The notes under the pieces are model-generated. The model ran no database searches. It saw only the letters and a program-made list of their open reading frames with translations, and was not told where the DNA came from. A stretch of 64,000 bases of DNA from Paraspadella gotoi (Eukaryota; Animalia; Chaetognatha): NCBI GenBank assembly GCA_051294375.1, contig CM119263.1, positions 26,693,886 to 26,757,885 of the forward strand, in the 5' to 3' direction. Within the stretch, counting starts at the first letter, position 1. Each line of letters opens with the position of its first letter. Shown here in pieces: positions 25,007 to 38,530 of this stretch. Made by a program: the position numbers and the translations under genes.

Positions 25007-28000
25007 TTTTTTCTTCTCTTTTTCTCCTGTCTCTTGCCCATTGATATTCAAGTTCATCCTGTTAAGTTCAATAATCTTATCTAGCCTTTCAGAGGCACGC
25101 ATTAATTGATTTAATTACAAAGAATAACAAACATTCGATAAAAGTAACAAGATTTTAAGTTCACAATGCAAAGTGGTTGTAATCAACTTTGTTAAGAGTG
25201 TCGAGTTTTTAAAATGATTGGTTTAATCCCCGTTCAACCTAATAAAAATAAAGTACAGTAACCCTTCCTTAATTAACGCTTATTAGATATTTTAATCCTG
25301 ACTGAACACAACATCGACACACATTCTCCCACCGCAACAAAAAAAAGGACAAAAGGAAATAACAAAAAAAGACAGCCAGGCACCCATTCGAATTTTTTCA
25401 CAAAAAGTGGAGATCTTCGGGTGACTTTTTGGCAAAATTGACTTGAGCGTTCTTCAGGTGGCGAGAGAGAGAGAGGAACGACGAAGTTTACAGTAGTTCG
25501 ACGAGACAAGAGTTATTTGAGAGAGAGAATTAGAGAGAGAGAATGGAGAGGAAGAGAGAGAGAGAAGAGAATTTAGACCTTGAAGATGAGCCAAAAATGC
25601 TATTTATCTCTGAAAAGAGGCTCCAAATTTATATCGAAACTTTTAAATTCGCGACTGCAACGTAATTATCGTTTAATTTCAAAAACCTGATTTTTTTTTC
25701 CCCTCAATTATTTAAAACTTTAAAACCTTTCAACTTTATTGGGCTGACGCACTGACGTCAACTGTATCGTTTATCTATTTGTATTTTGACTCATCTTTTA
25801 TATTTGACATTTATTGTAAGAATATTTAATCATTAATGTTCATATTTAAATGTTTAATAAATGAATCGGCGTTAAAGATTAAAATATTTGATCGAGAAAA
25901 GGAAATTAAACGAAACTCGTTTCTTTTGCTTTAAAAATCTTAATCATTTGAAATATGATTCCACATTTACTATGACAGTAGGATAACTTTGCACACTCAT
26001 CGTCCTTTTGTTCTAACCCCTGTCTTTTCTGGTTATCATCGTTGTCGTTGTCGTTGTCGTCTTCCTCTTTATCGTCCTCTTCGCGATGGGAAGGCGCGAC
26101 CGGGTTTAATCCCACTCCATCATCGGAGCGTCGCTGGATTTTGGAGGAAGAGAGAGAGGGAGAGGGAGAGAGAGGGACTGGGACTGGGAGAAGGGATGGA
26201 GAGAGAAAAAGGGAGGGAGACAGAGAGGGAGTGAAGGAGAAAAGGAGAGAGAAAGAGAGAACGGGAGAAGGAGAAAAAGAAAGACGAAAAGAGAGAGAGA
26301 GAGAGAGAGAGAGAGAAAATAGGGAAGCCGGGAAGTGAGAAAGGGAAAGGAAGGTGAACAAGGAGGAGGGCAAAGGACGAATATTGGTAAAGTAGTCTAC
26401 CGGGATCTCTTCTCCCAGTCTGCCAAGGTTCGGGGGTGGCTGAGTCTACCGGGGTCTCCTTCGGCCGGTCTCTGGTGATTGATCGTTTTTGCATCACTAC
26501 AAAGTGACATTCAATCTTTGGCAAAGTTGGAAGGAGGCAAAAGATTTCACCCAAGCGAAAGATGAAACAAATTTGAGGGGAACGATTTTGGGAGTGTGAT
26601 GGCTTCTCGGGGGTTTTGAGGTATGTGGGGAGTGGTGGGTTTGGGAGGGTGGTGGGGGGTGGAGAGTGGTGGGAAGTTGGGGTGAGGTGCAGAACGACAC
26701 GAAAATCTTCTCGATTACTATTCAAAGTTATTATTATTATTATAATCTAAGTTTAAAATAAAATAATAACCCAGAGATAAAGTGTTGGATAAAAGTTTTA
26801 ACCAAAAACATTTTTAAACTTGGCATATTTCGGGGGCATTCGATATTTTATCCTCGCTTTTTATAGCCTCAAACCAATTTTTATTTTATTTTAATATTCT
26901 ATTACCTTTTTTTTTTCATCCATACCGACTCTTCCCATTCAATTATTATTCGATGAAACGTGCAGAGAATTTCCATATTCTTTTTTTTTTTTATTTTTAA
27001 ACCTTGGTTATTTTGATGCGACGTCGAAATTGAAAATCGACAAATCAAGATTCACGACGAAGATTTTTCAAACTCGAGTCGCGTCGGCCAATTCTAGAAT
27101 TTTTCATCTCGAGAGGGAAAAAAATGAAGATTTAAGACCCAATGGATTTTACGGTATTGGGAAGAGTAATTACTCGAGCGGGGAAATTTATCAGCGAAAT
27201 ATTGAGCTCGAATTAAATTATTTAATTAATATTTTGAAATTATTACAAATTGAATTTATTAATTTTATCACTGGACTAAACAACTAAAAGATAATTAATT
27301 CAATAGTTAATAATTATTGACTTAATATCATGCGTTTTGCCAAGCGAAAATATGGAAAAAAGCTGTAACTCAGATTTCTTTTGTTTTCTAAGAGAATGCT
27401 TTTACCAAGGCTCGGTAGATGTCGGAGTGGTACGGGTGATGGTCATATCTTTTGTTTTTAAAAAGCTCTCTCATATTTGATGTTTTTACTTTTATTAATT
27501 TAGTTAAGTTTAGTTAGTAATTTAATAGTTATAAATTCTATTTTTCAGTCAATGTATCGTTAACAAAATTGATAACAATTCTTATACAATAAAAGTACCA
27601 ATTCCCTTTGTTATTATTTTCATAAATAAGGAGAATTAAAATTTGATTGATTTATTAAGAAAATAGAGATTTTAGAAATCTTAAATTTCTAAAAGACAGA
27701 CCCGCGAGCCAGGAACGCAAAAAAAAAAAAAAGGATTCGAAGGACAACGACGACGACGACGAAAATCTGTCTCGAAAAAAGAAAGCCGAAGAATCCCAAG
27801 TACAAGACGGTCAATACTCGTTTGGATCCTCTTACTAAAACTAAAAGGGGAAAAAGGATGGAGAGAAATCTGATATCCTTGAACCGGGAAACATTTCTGC
27901 TTATGGGGTTAGCGGGGGTAAGTGGGGTTTTAAGGATTGTTGAGTTGGGGTTTAATTGAAGTGGGGGGGCAATTAGAAATAAATTAATAAGAAATAAATT

Positions 28001-28665
28001 ATATTTGAGGGAATCGAGCAAAGAGGACAAAAGATCTGAGTGTTCATTTGACCCTACTTTCTCGTTAGATGAAGAGAAAGCAAGGCGCCAAGCAGAAGGG
28101 AGTAAGAGAGAGAGACAAAGAAAGAGATAGAGAGAGAGAGCAAAGTGCTTTTTTGGAGATAAATCCTTTAGAATCTCGGGTTTTCTCGTCGTCGCCGTTG
28201 TCGTCGTCGTCGTCGTCGTCGTCGTATATAGTCCTTCGATTTCGTTTCTGTTTTTTCTTCTTTTTTTTCTTCTTTCGTCTCAAATTTCGTCCAGGAGTCA
28301 AATCTCGGCGCGCGTCGGGCAGACCTGGCTGCCAGTCGGTCAGACTGCGCAGAGAAAGTCGGTCAGACTTTGGGGCGAGTATCTATATTAACATCGGATC
28401 GAGAAAAAAAGGAAATTTAAAAAAAATCAAATTTTAAATGATTTTAAAAACAGAAATTTTTCCCTTTGGAAAATTAAATTTCTAAAGTTCTAAAGACGTA
28501 AAAAGTGAGGTTTATTAAATTTATTAATCAAATTACTGAAGAGACAGTAATTATTGATAAGTGTTAATGACAGAACCGTTCAATATAAGCAGTTCCTGAG
28601 CTTCGGATCAGGCTGTAACACCATGTTACAGGCGGGTTAAGCGCCCCGTCCCTCTTAACTGCCAG

Positions 28666-28737
28666 ACGACCACCGGGCTAGAACCCCGGACCTTTGGGTT
28701 GGGAGGCGAATGACTTGCCTCCGGCACCAATGGCCGC
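28666..28737 (-). pseudogene. tRNA-Gly(CCC)-like sequence: tRNA pseudogene or tRNA-derived SINE head
   Basis: The 72-nt minus strand reads GCGGCCATTGGTGCCGGAGGCAAGTCATTCGCCTCCCAACCCAAAGGTCCGGGGTTCTAGCCCGGTGGTCGT. It has a 7-bp acceptor stem GCGGCCA/TGGTCGT (2 G-U), T-stem CCGGG/CCCGG, B-box-like GGTTCTAGCCC, degenerate A-box TGGTGCCGGAGG and anticodon loop CT-CCC-AA. The anticodon stem is broken (TTCGC/CCCAA) and the T-loop is non-canonical, so it is unlikely to be a functional tRNA. Confidence 0.6.
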
Positions 28738-30391
28738 TGATGAACGGTTGGTGGATTTTAGTCCACCATATTACCATCTACAGTACAGTTTCTTATATTT
28801 AGCCACTTTATAGAAAAATATTAAAATAACCCGTTGTATTTCCTTCGCTTCCTTGTTTTCGATATCACCGCTCCCCTTAACCAGCTTCCGTTCAACCGCG
28901 TGGCAAGAAACAACAACAACAACAACAAATCAGCCGGCAGTCAAGTCCAATAAGGAAAGAGAGAGTGAGGCTCTTTCATTCCGAATTTTCACAAATGCCT
29001 CTCACGCTTAATTTTTCAAAAGAAGTGATCTTTTTCATTTTCATTTTGTGATTTATTTACATAATTTATAAATCATGAGTTATAAAAAACTGTTTTAACT
29101 TTTCACTCTCCAAGTTAAGATGAATTTCACCGATGGGAAGCTGTGAACTTTTATCGCATGAGTGAAAGCCGCCGCAGTTTCACGGTGACCATTTGCTTCA
29201 ACCTCCTTACTTCTCCTCGCCCTCCTTTCCTCTGCATCATCATCATCATCCTCTTCCTCATCCTATTCCTCTTCTTCATCCTCTTCCTCTTCTTCATCCT
29301 CTTCCTAACCTCTTCCTCATCCTCTTCTTCTTCCTCCTCTTCCTCTTTCTCCCTTTTCGCTGTTTTTTAACGAGGGACTTCCTCGAGGCGAGAGACGCAG
29401 CTGACGGTAAGTCGAGGCCGACGCGAGGCCGCAGGGTAACGGGTGGGGTAAGGGAGAGGGGAAAGAGTGAGGTGGGGTAAGGAGTGTGAAGGAAAAAGGG
29501 GAAGTAGAAGGAGAAGATTGGTGGCGGGAAAAGGAAAAAGAAATAAGATAATGGAGCAAGCTGCGTGCATAGTCCATACAAGAACAAAATGACAAAAAAA
29601 AACACAAATATTGTACTGTAAGAATTATATTTCTAAACAGTCGCAATATGTAAAAAATTTACAGAACACGGTCCTTGGAAGACGTTCGGTGTCATTTGCA
29701 TCAATAATAAAGAATTGTATTAATTTTTTTACGAATTGATAAAATTTTGTTGGAGACCAAGAAAACGTAGTAGTTGGAATAAAATGGAGAATTTTAAGTA
29801 TCGGCCGCGCCGTTGCCGACAACGAAATAACAACAACAACGACAATAAAAATGAGTTAAGAAAAGTGGAAAGTCGGGAGCGAGGAAATAGGTTACGAAGC
29901 ATCGGAGATAAGATATTCGCCGATAAGGAAAGAGAGAGGGGATTAGGGAATAGGGTAGGGGAAATTAAAGGGAATGGGTTAGTCTGGGAAAGGTAGAGGG
30001 GATTCATTGTGAAAGGTTGGGGAAAGATGCGGACAGCGCTGGCTGAATTTGACTTACCAGGAAAACTGCGCGGCTTGCTTGTGCTGCAATCGGTGATTCC
30101 GTTATTTTAAAGAATGGGGAAAAAAAAACGATGGCGGCTGAAGCTGGTTTGGGGACTTGAACTGGTGGTTGCGTGACTGCGTTCGACTGAAATTGTGGAA
30201 GGTAAGGACGACAGGGTTTTGGGTGAGTCATATGGTAAACAATGCTTTTAATTCAAATAGTTTTATAGTTCTGTTGAAGGAAAGGAGTAGACTGTGGAGT
30301 CGAATTGTACGTTGGGTGTGGGCGTGCGAGAAATGATGAAAGATATCCTTGGATTGAATGGTAAAAAAAAGATTAAAAGTGCAAGTAGCTT

Positions 30392-30512
30392 GGTGAATTG
30401 GTTTGTGAATTGGGTTGTGTATTTGTGGCTGAATTCGTGGTTGAATTGGTGATTGAATTGGTAGTTGAATTGGTGGTTGAATTTGTGGTTGAATTGGTGG
30501 TTGACTTGGTGG
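30392..30512 (+). repeat. 12-bp tandem repeat (TTGAATTGGTGG consensus), ~9-10 copies
   Basis: TGAATT(G/C/T)GTG(G/A) recurs at 12-bp periodicity and produces the spurious QPPIQ / STTN / VELV ORFs. Confidence 0.85.
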
Positions 30513-31623
30513 CGCGATTGCCTTCAAGTGAGATGGTGATGGCGAAAGGCGAGATGAGTGGTGGCGCGTTTATCTTTCGATCCCAACACAAACGGCGATG
30601 AGAAAAGGTCATGGCTCCGGGCGTCGGCGGCCGCTGCTGATGGGAAGGGGCGGGTGGGGAATTGGGGGGAAAAGTAAGTGGGTGGAAGGGGAAAGGGAAG
30701 GAGGGTTAGCGGTGGATGGAGGGTCTTAGTTAGTGATAATGATATTGAAAGATATGATATGAAGAGCTGATAAATTGACAGATCGGGCAAGGCCGAGAGG
30801 TATCGTGATTTTGTTAGGAAAAGGAAAAAAGAAAAGGAAAGAAGTCAGAAGGATGAGGTTTGAAAAAGACCGTGGCCTGGTGGGGTCCTGAATTCGAAAA
30901 GACACTGACCTCGCGGCTTTAAAGGCTCGGAAGAAAACAAAAACAGACGAGATCCATTGGTAGAATTTTTTAAAAGTCTAACTAAAATATTACCAACTAA
31001 CATTGTGAATATTCGGCTCAATATGTCATGGGCAACTGATCGAAATGTCAGGAGCTACTGTGCGATATGTCATGAGTAACTATGCGATCGGCGAAGATTT
31101 CCAACCGACAAGAGAAATTGGATGCGAACCTCAATTTTGTTTTCGATGTTTTGACGGTTTTTCTTCGCTTCGGGGTTCCTGACCTTAAGTGAGGTCAGAG
31201 AAAAATAAGGAGGGGGTCGGTGGGTTGGGGAGGTTTGAGAGGAGAAGAGGAAAAAGGGGGGGGTAGTGAAATATGGTGATATAGAATAGAAAAGATATTG
31301 AGTCGAATCGATGGGGGGGGGAAAGGGATATAAGAACAGTGAGAAGAGTGAGAGAGAGATTAGAGTTGAAGAGAAGAAGGCATGTCACGAACCAGTACTC
31401 GATAAGAACAACAGATAGATAATATCTCCTCATGAAAACCAGCACCACAAAGATTAATAAAAAAAAGCAAAGAATCGGCTTCTGTCAAAATAAAGCTCTA
31501 CATTCACAAATCTTGGCGCCGTAAATGAGAAAACGTCAGAGCGGCGCGGATGTTTCTTCACACTTTTCGGGCGGCGCCGCTAAATCTGGGCGTCGCTTTT
31601 GGCACGGCGCCAATCGATCGTGG

Positions 31624-31696
<73 letters not shown>

Positions 31697-32546
31697 TTTC
31701 GTGACTATTCTTCCGATTTCAACATTTTTTCTCCCTTTTCCTTCATCTCCGTCTCTATCTCGCTTTGTCTCTTGTTACTCACCCTTTTCATAACTCCCCT
31801 TTTTCTTTTCCCTACCAACCTATTTTCACTCTCTCTCTATCCTCCATCCTTCTCTCAACTCATTTCTTTCTCATCCCATTTTTGTCAAATTTCGAATCGA
31901 CTCTTTTTCATTTTTGCCGGTCGATGACCTCGGCTGCAGTTCATGACTGATAGACGGAATTTATTAAACGCGAGTGGAATCGGAAATTAATTATATAGTC
32001 GGTTTAATTAATTGTATAGTATTGTTTGTTGTTGAAAGCCCTCTTAAAATTGGTTTAAATGATTACGATACTATTTTTTTTTCTTATTATGTTTTTGATC
32101 ATAATTACCGCATTAGAGCAAAACTAATATATTTCATATTAGTTATAGTAGATATAGATATAGATATAGATTGCGACAGTAAAATACTAAAAAGAAAGAA
32201 AAAACGAAAAAATGAAAAAAACGTCAAAAAAAAAGAAAATAAGATTGGAAAAGAGAGAAAAAAAAAAGGTAGGAAAGTCTATTTTTCCGTGAAAAGCGGC
32301 TCGGCTCTCATACGAGAAAAGTCAGTTTCCATTACGTCTGCTTTCCTACCAACCCTTTTCTTTTTCTTTTTATCTTCAACCTCCTCTCGGTTTTCTCCTT
32401 CTCCTTCCCCTCGAGGCTGACAATCCTATTACTCCCACTGACACGATTTTGATCAATAGAACTTAATTCGGAAGGATAAGGGAGAGGGAGGGAAGACGAA
32501 GAGGAGAGAGGGGGGAAGAGATAGGGAGGAGGGAGGAGCGGAGGGA

Positions 32547-32599
<53 letters not shown>

Positions 32600-32861
32600 C
32601 AGAGAGAGAGACAGACAGATGAGAGAGAGATAAGAAAGGAACAGAGACAGACAGAGAGGAAAGAGACATGTCCATTGAAGAACGACAATTCAGAAGAAGG
32701 AAATGACGTTGAAATGGATAAAACTCTCACTTCACAAGGAAAAAGAAAAAAAACCTCCTTGCATCATTTTTGCTTTTATCGCATCATAAAATAAACGCCT
32801 GAGCTGAAGGGAGGAAGAAAGAAGAATGAGAGAGAGAAGAACGGGGGAGGGGGGGAAGCGA

Positions 32862-32903
<42 letters not shown>

Positions 32904-33762
32904 GAGGGTAGAGAGAGAGAGAGAGAGAAGTAGAAACGAGTGAGGGGAAATTGAGCACGAAATTACATTTGCGCAAATCTTTTGCTGGTTTCCGTCTGTA
33001 GCGTTAAAACACCTGTTAATATTTATTTCATTTTAAACCCATGATAAAATAAAGGAAAAAATCGAATTATTATAAGACATAAAAAACAGAAGAGAGTACG
33101 ATGACCATCGAGAAATTTGCGTCGCAAATTACGATCGCCGTGACTGTCGTTGCGTTGCTGATTCGACTGTTGCCGCGGGAAACACCCGTGCGAAAGCAAA
33201 AACAATGAATTGCAATCTAATTATGAGAGAGAGAGAAGAAGAGAGAGAGAGAGAGAGAGAAGAGAGGAAAGAGAGGAGAGAGAGGAGAGAAGAGAGAGGA
33301 AGACGAAGAAGAGAGAGAGAGAGAGAGAGGAGAGGAGGGCAGAGAAAGAAGAGAGAGAGGTACGTGTCAAAAATGGTTCCTCTCATTCCCTCATTCTCCC
33401 TTACCCTCCTTACTCTCCCTTACCCCACCGCCAAACTCCAGACAAAACACCCCCCCACCCTGCTCTCTTCCGAATTTTAACATTTTCCCCTTTTTTGAGC
33501 GCGAAGAGAGGAGACTTTGAACACGTTTCGCAATTTTCTTCATTAACAGAAACCACAATCTAACTTTTTTTTTCTTCTCTTCTCCCGTTTTTTTTTTTTT
33601 ATCAACCTCGCCGCTTCACTTATTCTTTCTCGGGCGCGGATTCATTTGCATTCGACCCGGGAATTCCGAGGAGGAGAACTCCCCTTTTTGCTTTTGAAGA
33701 AGGCTCTGTCTCTCTCTCTCCTCTCTTCTTCTTTTCTCTCTCTCTCTCTTCTCTCTCCTCTC

Positions 33763-33796
<34 letters not shown>

Positions 33797-34767
33797 AAAA
33801 GAAACCTGGCAAGGAAAGGAACTTGTACCCGAACGAATTAAACCTCTCGCTAGTAATTGTCTTTTATGAAGGCCGCATCGCTGACTGTTGGATTAACCAG
33901 AGGCGCTCCAGTGGCAAGATGCTTACTTAGCTCCATCTTTTTCTTTCATTAAAAGGTCACGATTTTGTATTCATTCCGGGAGAGATTGAGATACCAGATA
34001 TGGGAAATAAAGAGAGAGACGAGAGAGAGAGAGGAAGAGAGGAGAAGAGAGAGAGAGAGGAGATGAGAGAGAGAGAGAGAGAGAGACCTTCAAGGCATCC
34101 GATTGCAAGATGATTGGCGGAAGGAGTGAGAAATCAGTGGGAGAGCGAGTAACCGGTGAAAATTAAGGAACATTCGTTCTCAATTCCCCCCAACAGATTC
34201 CCCCATCTCTTGCCTTTTCAAAATCCCCAATTCCCCAATCCCCCAAAATCCCCCTCCTTCTTTTTTTACGGTTGAAGGAAGACGGGCAGAGTAACGTTCT
34301 GATTTATGACTCCTTCCCAATATCCTTGCCAACTTCATTGTTAATTGTCTCTCTCGCCGTTTAAACTTAAAAAGAGTTAACTCGCTCTCGTTAACTTCTA
34401 GGTCTCTATTTTCCAGGGGAAGTTTAGACGCGAATATATTTAGTTTAAAATCTATATACATTTTCCGATGAGGGCTGGAATTGTTCTTGATAAATATTGA
34501 AACGATTTAAACTAATTTTCTATTTCCTTTTTTTTTTTGCAACCCCAACCCTCCCTCTCTTTTCCCGCCATCTCCACGGATTCTCGTTAACCATGGTTAA
34601 GAGAATCATTTTTTAAACTTTTCCGCTTTTTTTTTTTTTTTTTTTTTGGCATTTTTTGTGAGTTTTTATTTATTTTTTTCAAATTCATTTCAGTCCCTGA
34701 TTTTCGCCGGCGCATAACCGTTCTGATAATCTCTTAATTCGAGAAGAAATCACAAGCCAATCGGTTA

Positions 34768-34798
<31 letters not shown>

Positions 34799-37700
34799 CT
34801 CTCTTCCTCTCTCTCCTCTCTTCTCTCTCTCTCTCTCTTAATCGGTTGTTTCGATCGGGCTTTCCTCACAGATATATCCTAAACATGAATAAATTGAATT
34901 AAGGATTCATCTTGTTTTTATATTCTTCAATAACCAACCAAAGGTTTTTCTGTTAACCTGAAATCGAGTTAGCCGCCTTATTCCACCCGACTAAAAATAT
35001 ATAAAAAAAAAAAACCAAAAGAAATGAAATCCAAAGTTCCCTGGCAATTTAAAGACAGTCTAATAGAATTCTTTTTCTTTCTGTCCATCTCGCACCTCAA
35101 GCTGTTTCGTCCTTTAAGCTTAATCCGAGAACCTCGCCTGGAAGGGTCCCCCCCCCCGGGGAGCCAGCGCGAGTCTCAAACATTTTCCATCCCATTTCCA
35201 TTATCCATCAAACTCAACAATCCATTCATCTTCTTTCATTCATCTGATTCATTCATATTTTGATTGATATTTTCCATTCATTCATTCATATTTATCCTCA
35301 ATTCATATTTAAGCTTCACTGTGAAACACTTTCAGTTTTTCAAAGCAGGGCCACCGCTTCGCCTCAAATTGGAACCAGAATTTACTTCCATGCATAAAAC
35401 CTCAAATGACCAGAATTTAACTTTCAGCATTAAACTCGGCCTCGCCTCCTCTGAACTCCCTTACCATTTTTGCCGCCTTTTCATCTCTACCCCCACCTTC
35501 TTCCCCCCACCTTACACCTCTCACCTCACCTAATTTCACTCATCTTCACCCCGGTCGCCGGCGACCCTTGACCCTAAAAAACGAAATCAATTTTCAATTT
35601 TTTTCTATGAATTCTTTTTTTTTCGGTTTCTGCCAGGGTCGGAGAAGGAATGTTTTAAAGGTGAAAGGTTCAATGGGATGCATCGGCCTATTTGGGCGGA
35701 CTGGCGTGACGAGGCTGGAATTGTTTTGGCCATTAGGTGTCGTGACAATTTTGAATTTTTACGACTAAAGTTGGGTTTATAACGAATTATTTCAAGGCTA
35801 AAAAATGTCGATATTAGGTAATGAAGATTGATATGAAAATTTAAGGTTACCGCATTTTATAAAAAACGATAACAGTCGTGATTCGAGAAAATGGATATGT
35901 TTATAGGACAGCCGGAACCTTCGCCAAGGGGACTTTTTGACATCGAGAGAAGAAAAGAGAGACGAGTAGAGAAAGACTGAGAGAGAGAGAAGAGAGATGA
36001 GAGAGCGAGAGGAGGACGAGAGAGGGGAAGGGGGAGAGAGAAGAGAGAGAAAGAGAGGGAGAGAAGACAGCACGAGAGAGATTATTCGGCCCCGATTACG
36101 GGAAAATGGGGGGAGAAACAGTGAGACGAGAGACAAAAGACCATTCTGATTGCGCTCTGAGCTAAAATAGTGAGAAACGGGGGGCCGAAGAAGAAATGGG
36201 TTAAATTTAAACCAAGGAAAATGGCGTGAGAAGAGGAAATAGAGAGAGACAGAGAGAGAGAGAGAAAGAAGGGACGAGAGAAGAGACGGACGAGAGCTGC
36301 GGAAAATGTTCAAGGTAATCGATACATTGCCTCGAGTTTAATCAATTTAAAAATTCTACTATCTCTCAGGAATTTGGCGTTAATTCTTACGAGTGAACTT
36401 CATGTGCCGCCTAGCAAGCTCTCTCTTTTTCGCCAATTAGTTATAATTCACCGGTTCCTCCCATCCTCTTTCCAGTCCGCCAGTCGGCTTCGCTTGTCTC
36501 TTATTTGTACATCTGCTCCGTACGTCTCCTCGTCCCCGTCTTTCCCGAACTTCGAATTCTGCTTTGCTTGATAGAGTTATTCGGCCGTCGTGCTTTCTCC
36601 AGGACTCGAGACTCTTCCCCGTTGATTTCATTTCCTTTCCTTTTCTCTTTAAATCGTTCGAAGAATCTTCTAAAATCCTTATCTCTCTCTCTCTCTTCTC
36701 TCGATTCATCCATCCTCGATTCTTTATCTTCTCCAATTTCCCGATCTCTCGGATTTCTCGCTGATCCGAACCGAGTGAGATTGCGCCTCTATATATTCAG
36801 CTCTTTGGCCTCTAAATTCTCTTCCGATCCGGTTGCCTAGTTTGACTTTTCTATCTTTCTTTTTAATTTTTTATTTTTAAATCCTTCTATTCAAAAATTC
36901 AATTCTCTTTATTCAAACTTCACAAAAAGCCCTCGACGAAAATCTTTTGAGAAATTTGCGCCAGTAAGGGCGAGCTAATTAATTTTTTTTTTTTTTTAAT
37001 TTTCTTTTATTAGCCAAAAAAAAAAATCCTTGAAAATTAACCTAACGTCGATAGGCAAAAGAAACTCAAGACGAGACTCGAATCGAATTTAGCATCTTGC
37101 GGGAACCGATTCCCTTCATTTTTCTCTTTCTTTTCCTTTTTTTCAAATTTCTCATCCAAATTTTTTCCGCTTCGATTGCAAACTTCTGAGGAAAAATGCG
37201 AAAAAAAAACGACGTCAAATCGAAAAAGTCCTTTTTCTATTTTAATTTTCTTTTTCTCCTTTATTTTCTTCTTCCTTCATTTTCCTTCTCTTTCTTCGGT
37301 CGGATGAATCAGAGACGAGAGGATGAGAGAGAGAGAGCATAACGAGAGAAGAGAAGACGACGAGAGAGAGAGAGGAGAGGAGAGACGAGAGAGAGATGAG
37401 AGAAGATGCAGAATGAGAAAGCCTTCGGTCTTATCACCAACCCTGTGGACTTTCCATGATCGACAAAAACGAGAGGATCCCGAGATGATATCGCATCAGG
37501 GGTCCAAAACTTCTTGTCTGTCTCGGTCAACTCCATATTCTTGAAAGGACCGAAAAAAAAAAGAAAGAAAGAAAAAAGACGCTTCAGTATGCAATTCATT
37601 TCAGATTTATGTGACGAACGCTATGAACAAGAAGCAATTGCCGCGTTTTCCTGATGTGGGGGGAAGTTAGCGGGGGACGATGAGGACGACAACGACGACG

Positions 37701-38498
37701 AGGTCGGTCCCTTTTTTTCCTTTTTTTTTTCCATTTCCTGTTTTCTTATTTTCTTTTCCAAACGTCATTTACCATCTGGAGATTACTTCAATTATTGAGA
37801 CATTAACGATTTCCCTTGGGCGGCGGAAGGAGAGAGATGCAGGAGGAGGAAGAGGGAGGGGAGAAGAGAAGGGGATGCGAAGGAAGATGAGAGAAAGCAG
37901 GCAGAATAAACAAGGTATGACTTGATGATTTTCGCTGTATCAGCGCAGGCTCGAAGAAAGGATTACTATTGTCTCGCTCGGATAAAAGGTTTTTTTTTTT
38001 CTTTCATTTCCGTCTCTGGAGCCTTTCTTCTTTTTCTCTCTGTCTTCTACTTTTATCTTCTAGGGGTCTTATCTATTTATCTCTCTCTNNNNNNNNNNNN
38101 NNNNNNNNNNNNNTCCCTCACTCATTCTCTTAAGCATGCTTCCAATTTATTTTTTTAAACTTTTAACTTCATTTTCACTTCAAAAGTTTTGCTTTAACTT
38201 TTCAAACTTTTTTTTTAAATGTTTATTCGCCTTCTCGATGATTTCCGTCTTTTCCATACGAACGCGTTTATCGTTTTTTATTTTTAGCGAACGTTTATAA
38301 TTGGTTGTATGTTTATATTTATTTGCTCACTACAATGAGAGGCTTTCACGACTTGTCGCGAGCAAGCCGATTACGTAAACAACAATCCCTTACAACGATT
38401 ATTATGTTTTTAATTTATCCTGACTTTTTTTTTCCCATCTGTCGGCCTTGGCAATAGATCGCTTTGAAATCCGGGAAAATTACGAGCGCCGCCTTTTT

Positions 38499-38530
<32 letters not shown>

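Noticed and set aside
28737-28770. CTGATGA followed by a hairpin as a hammerhead ribozyme core (also at 1750)
   Set aside because: No GAAA follows stem II and there is no compatible stem I/III with an NUH site.
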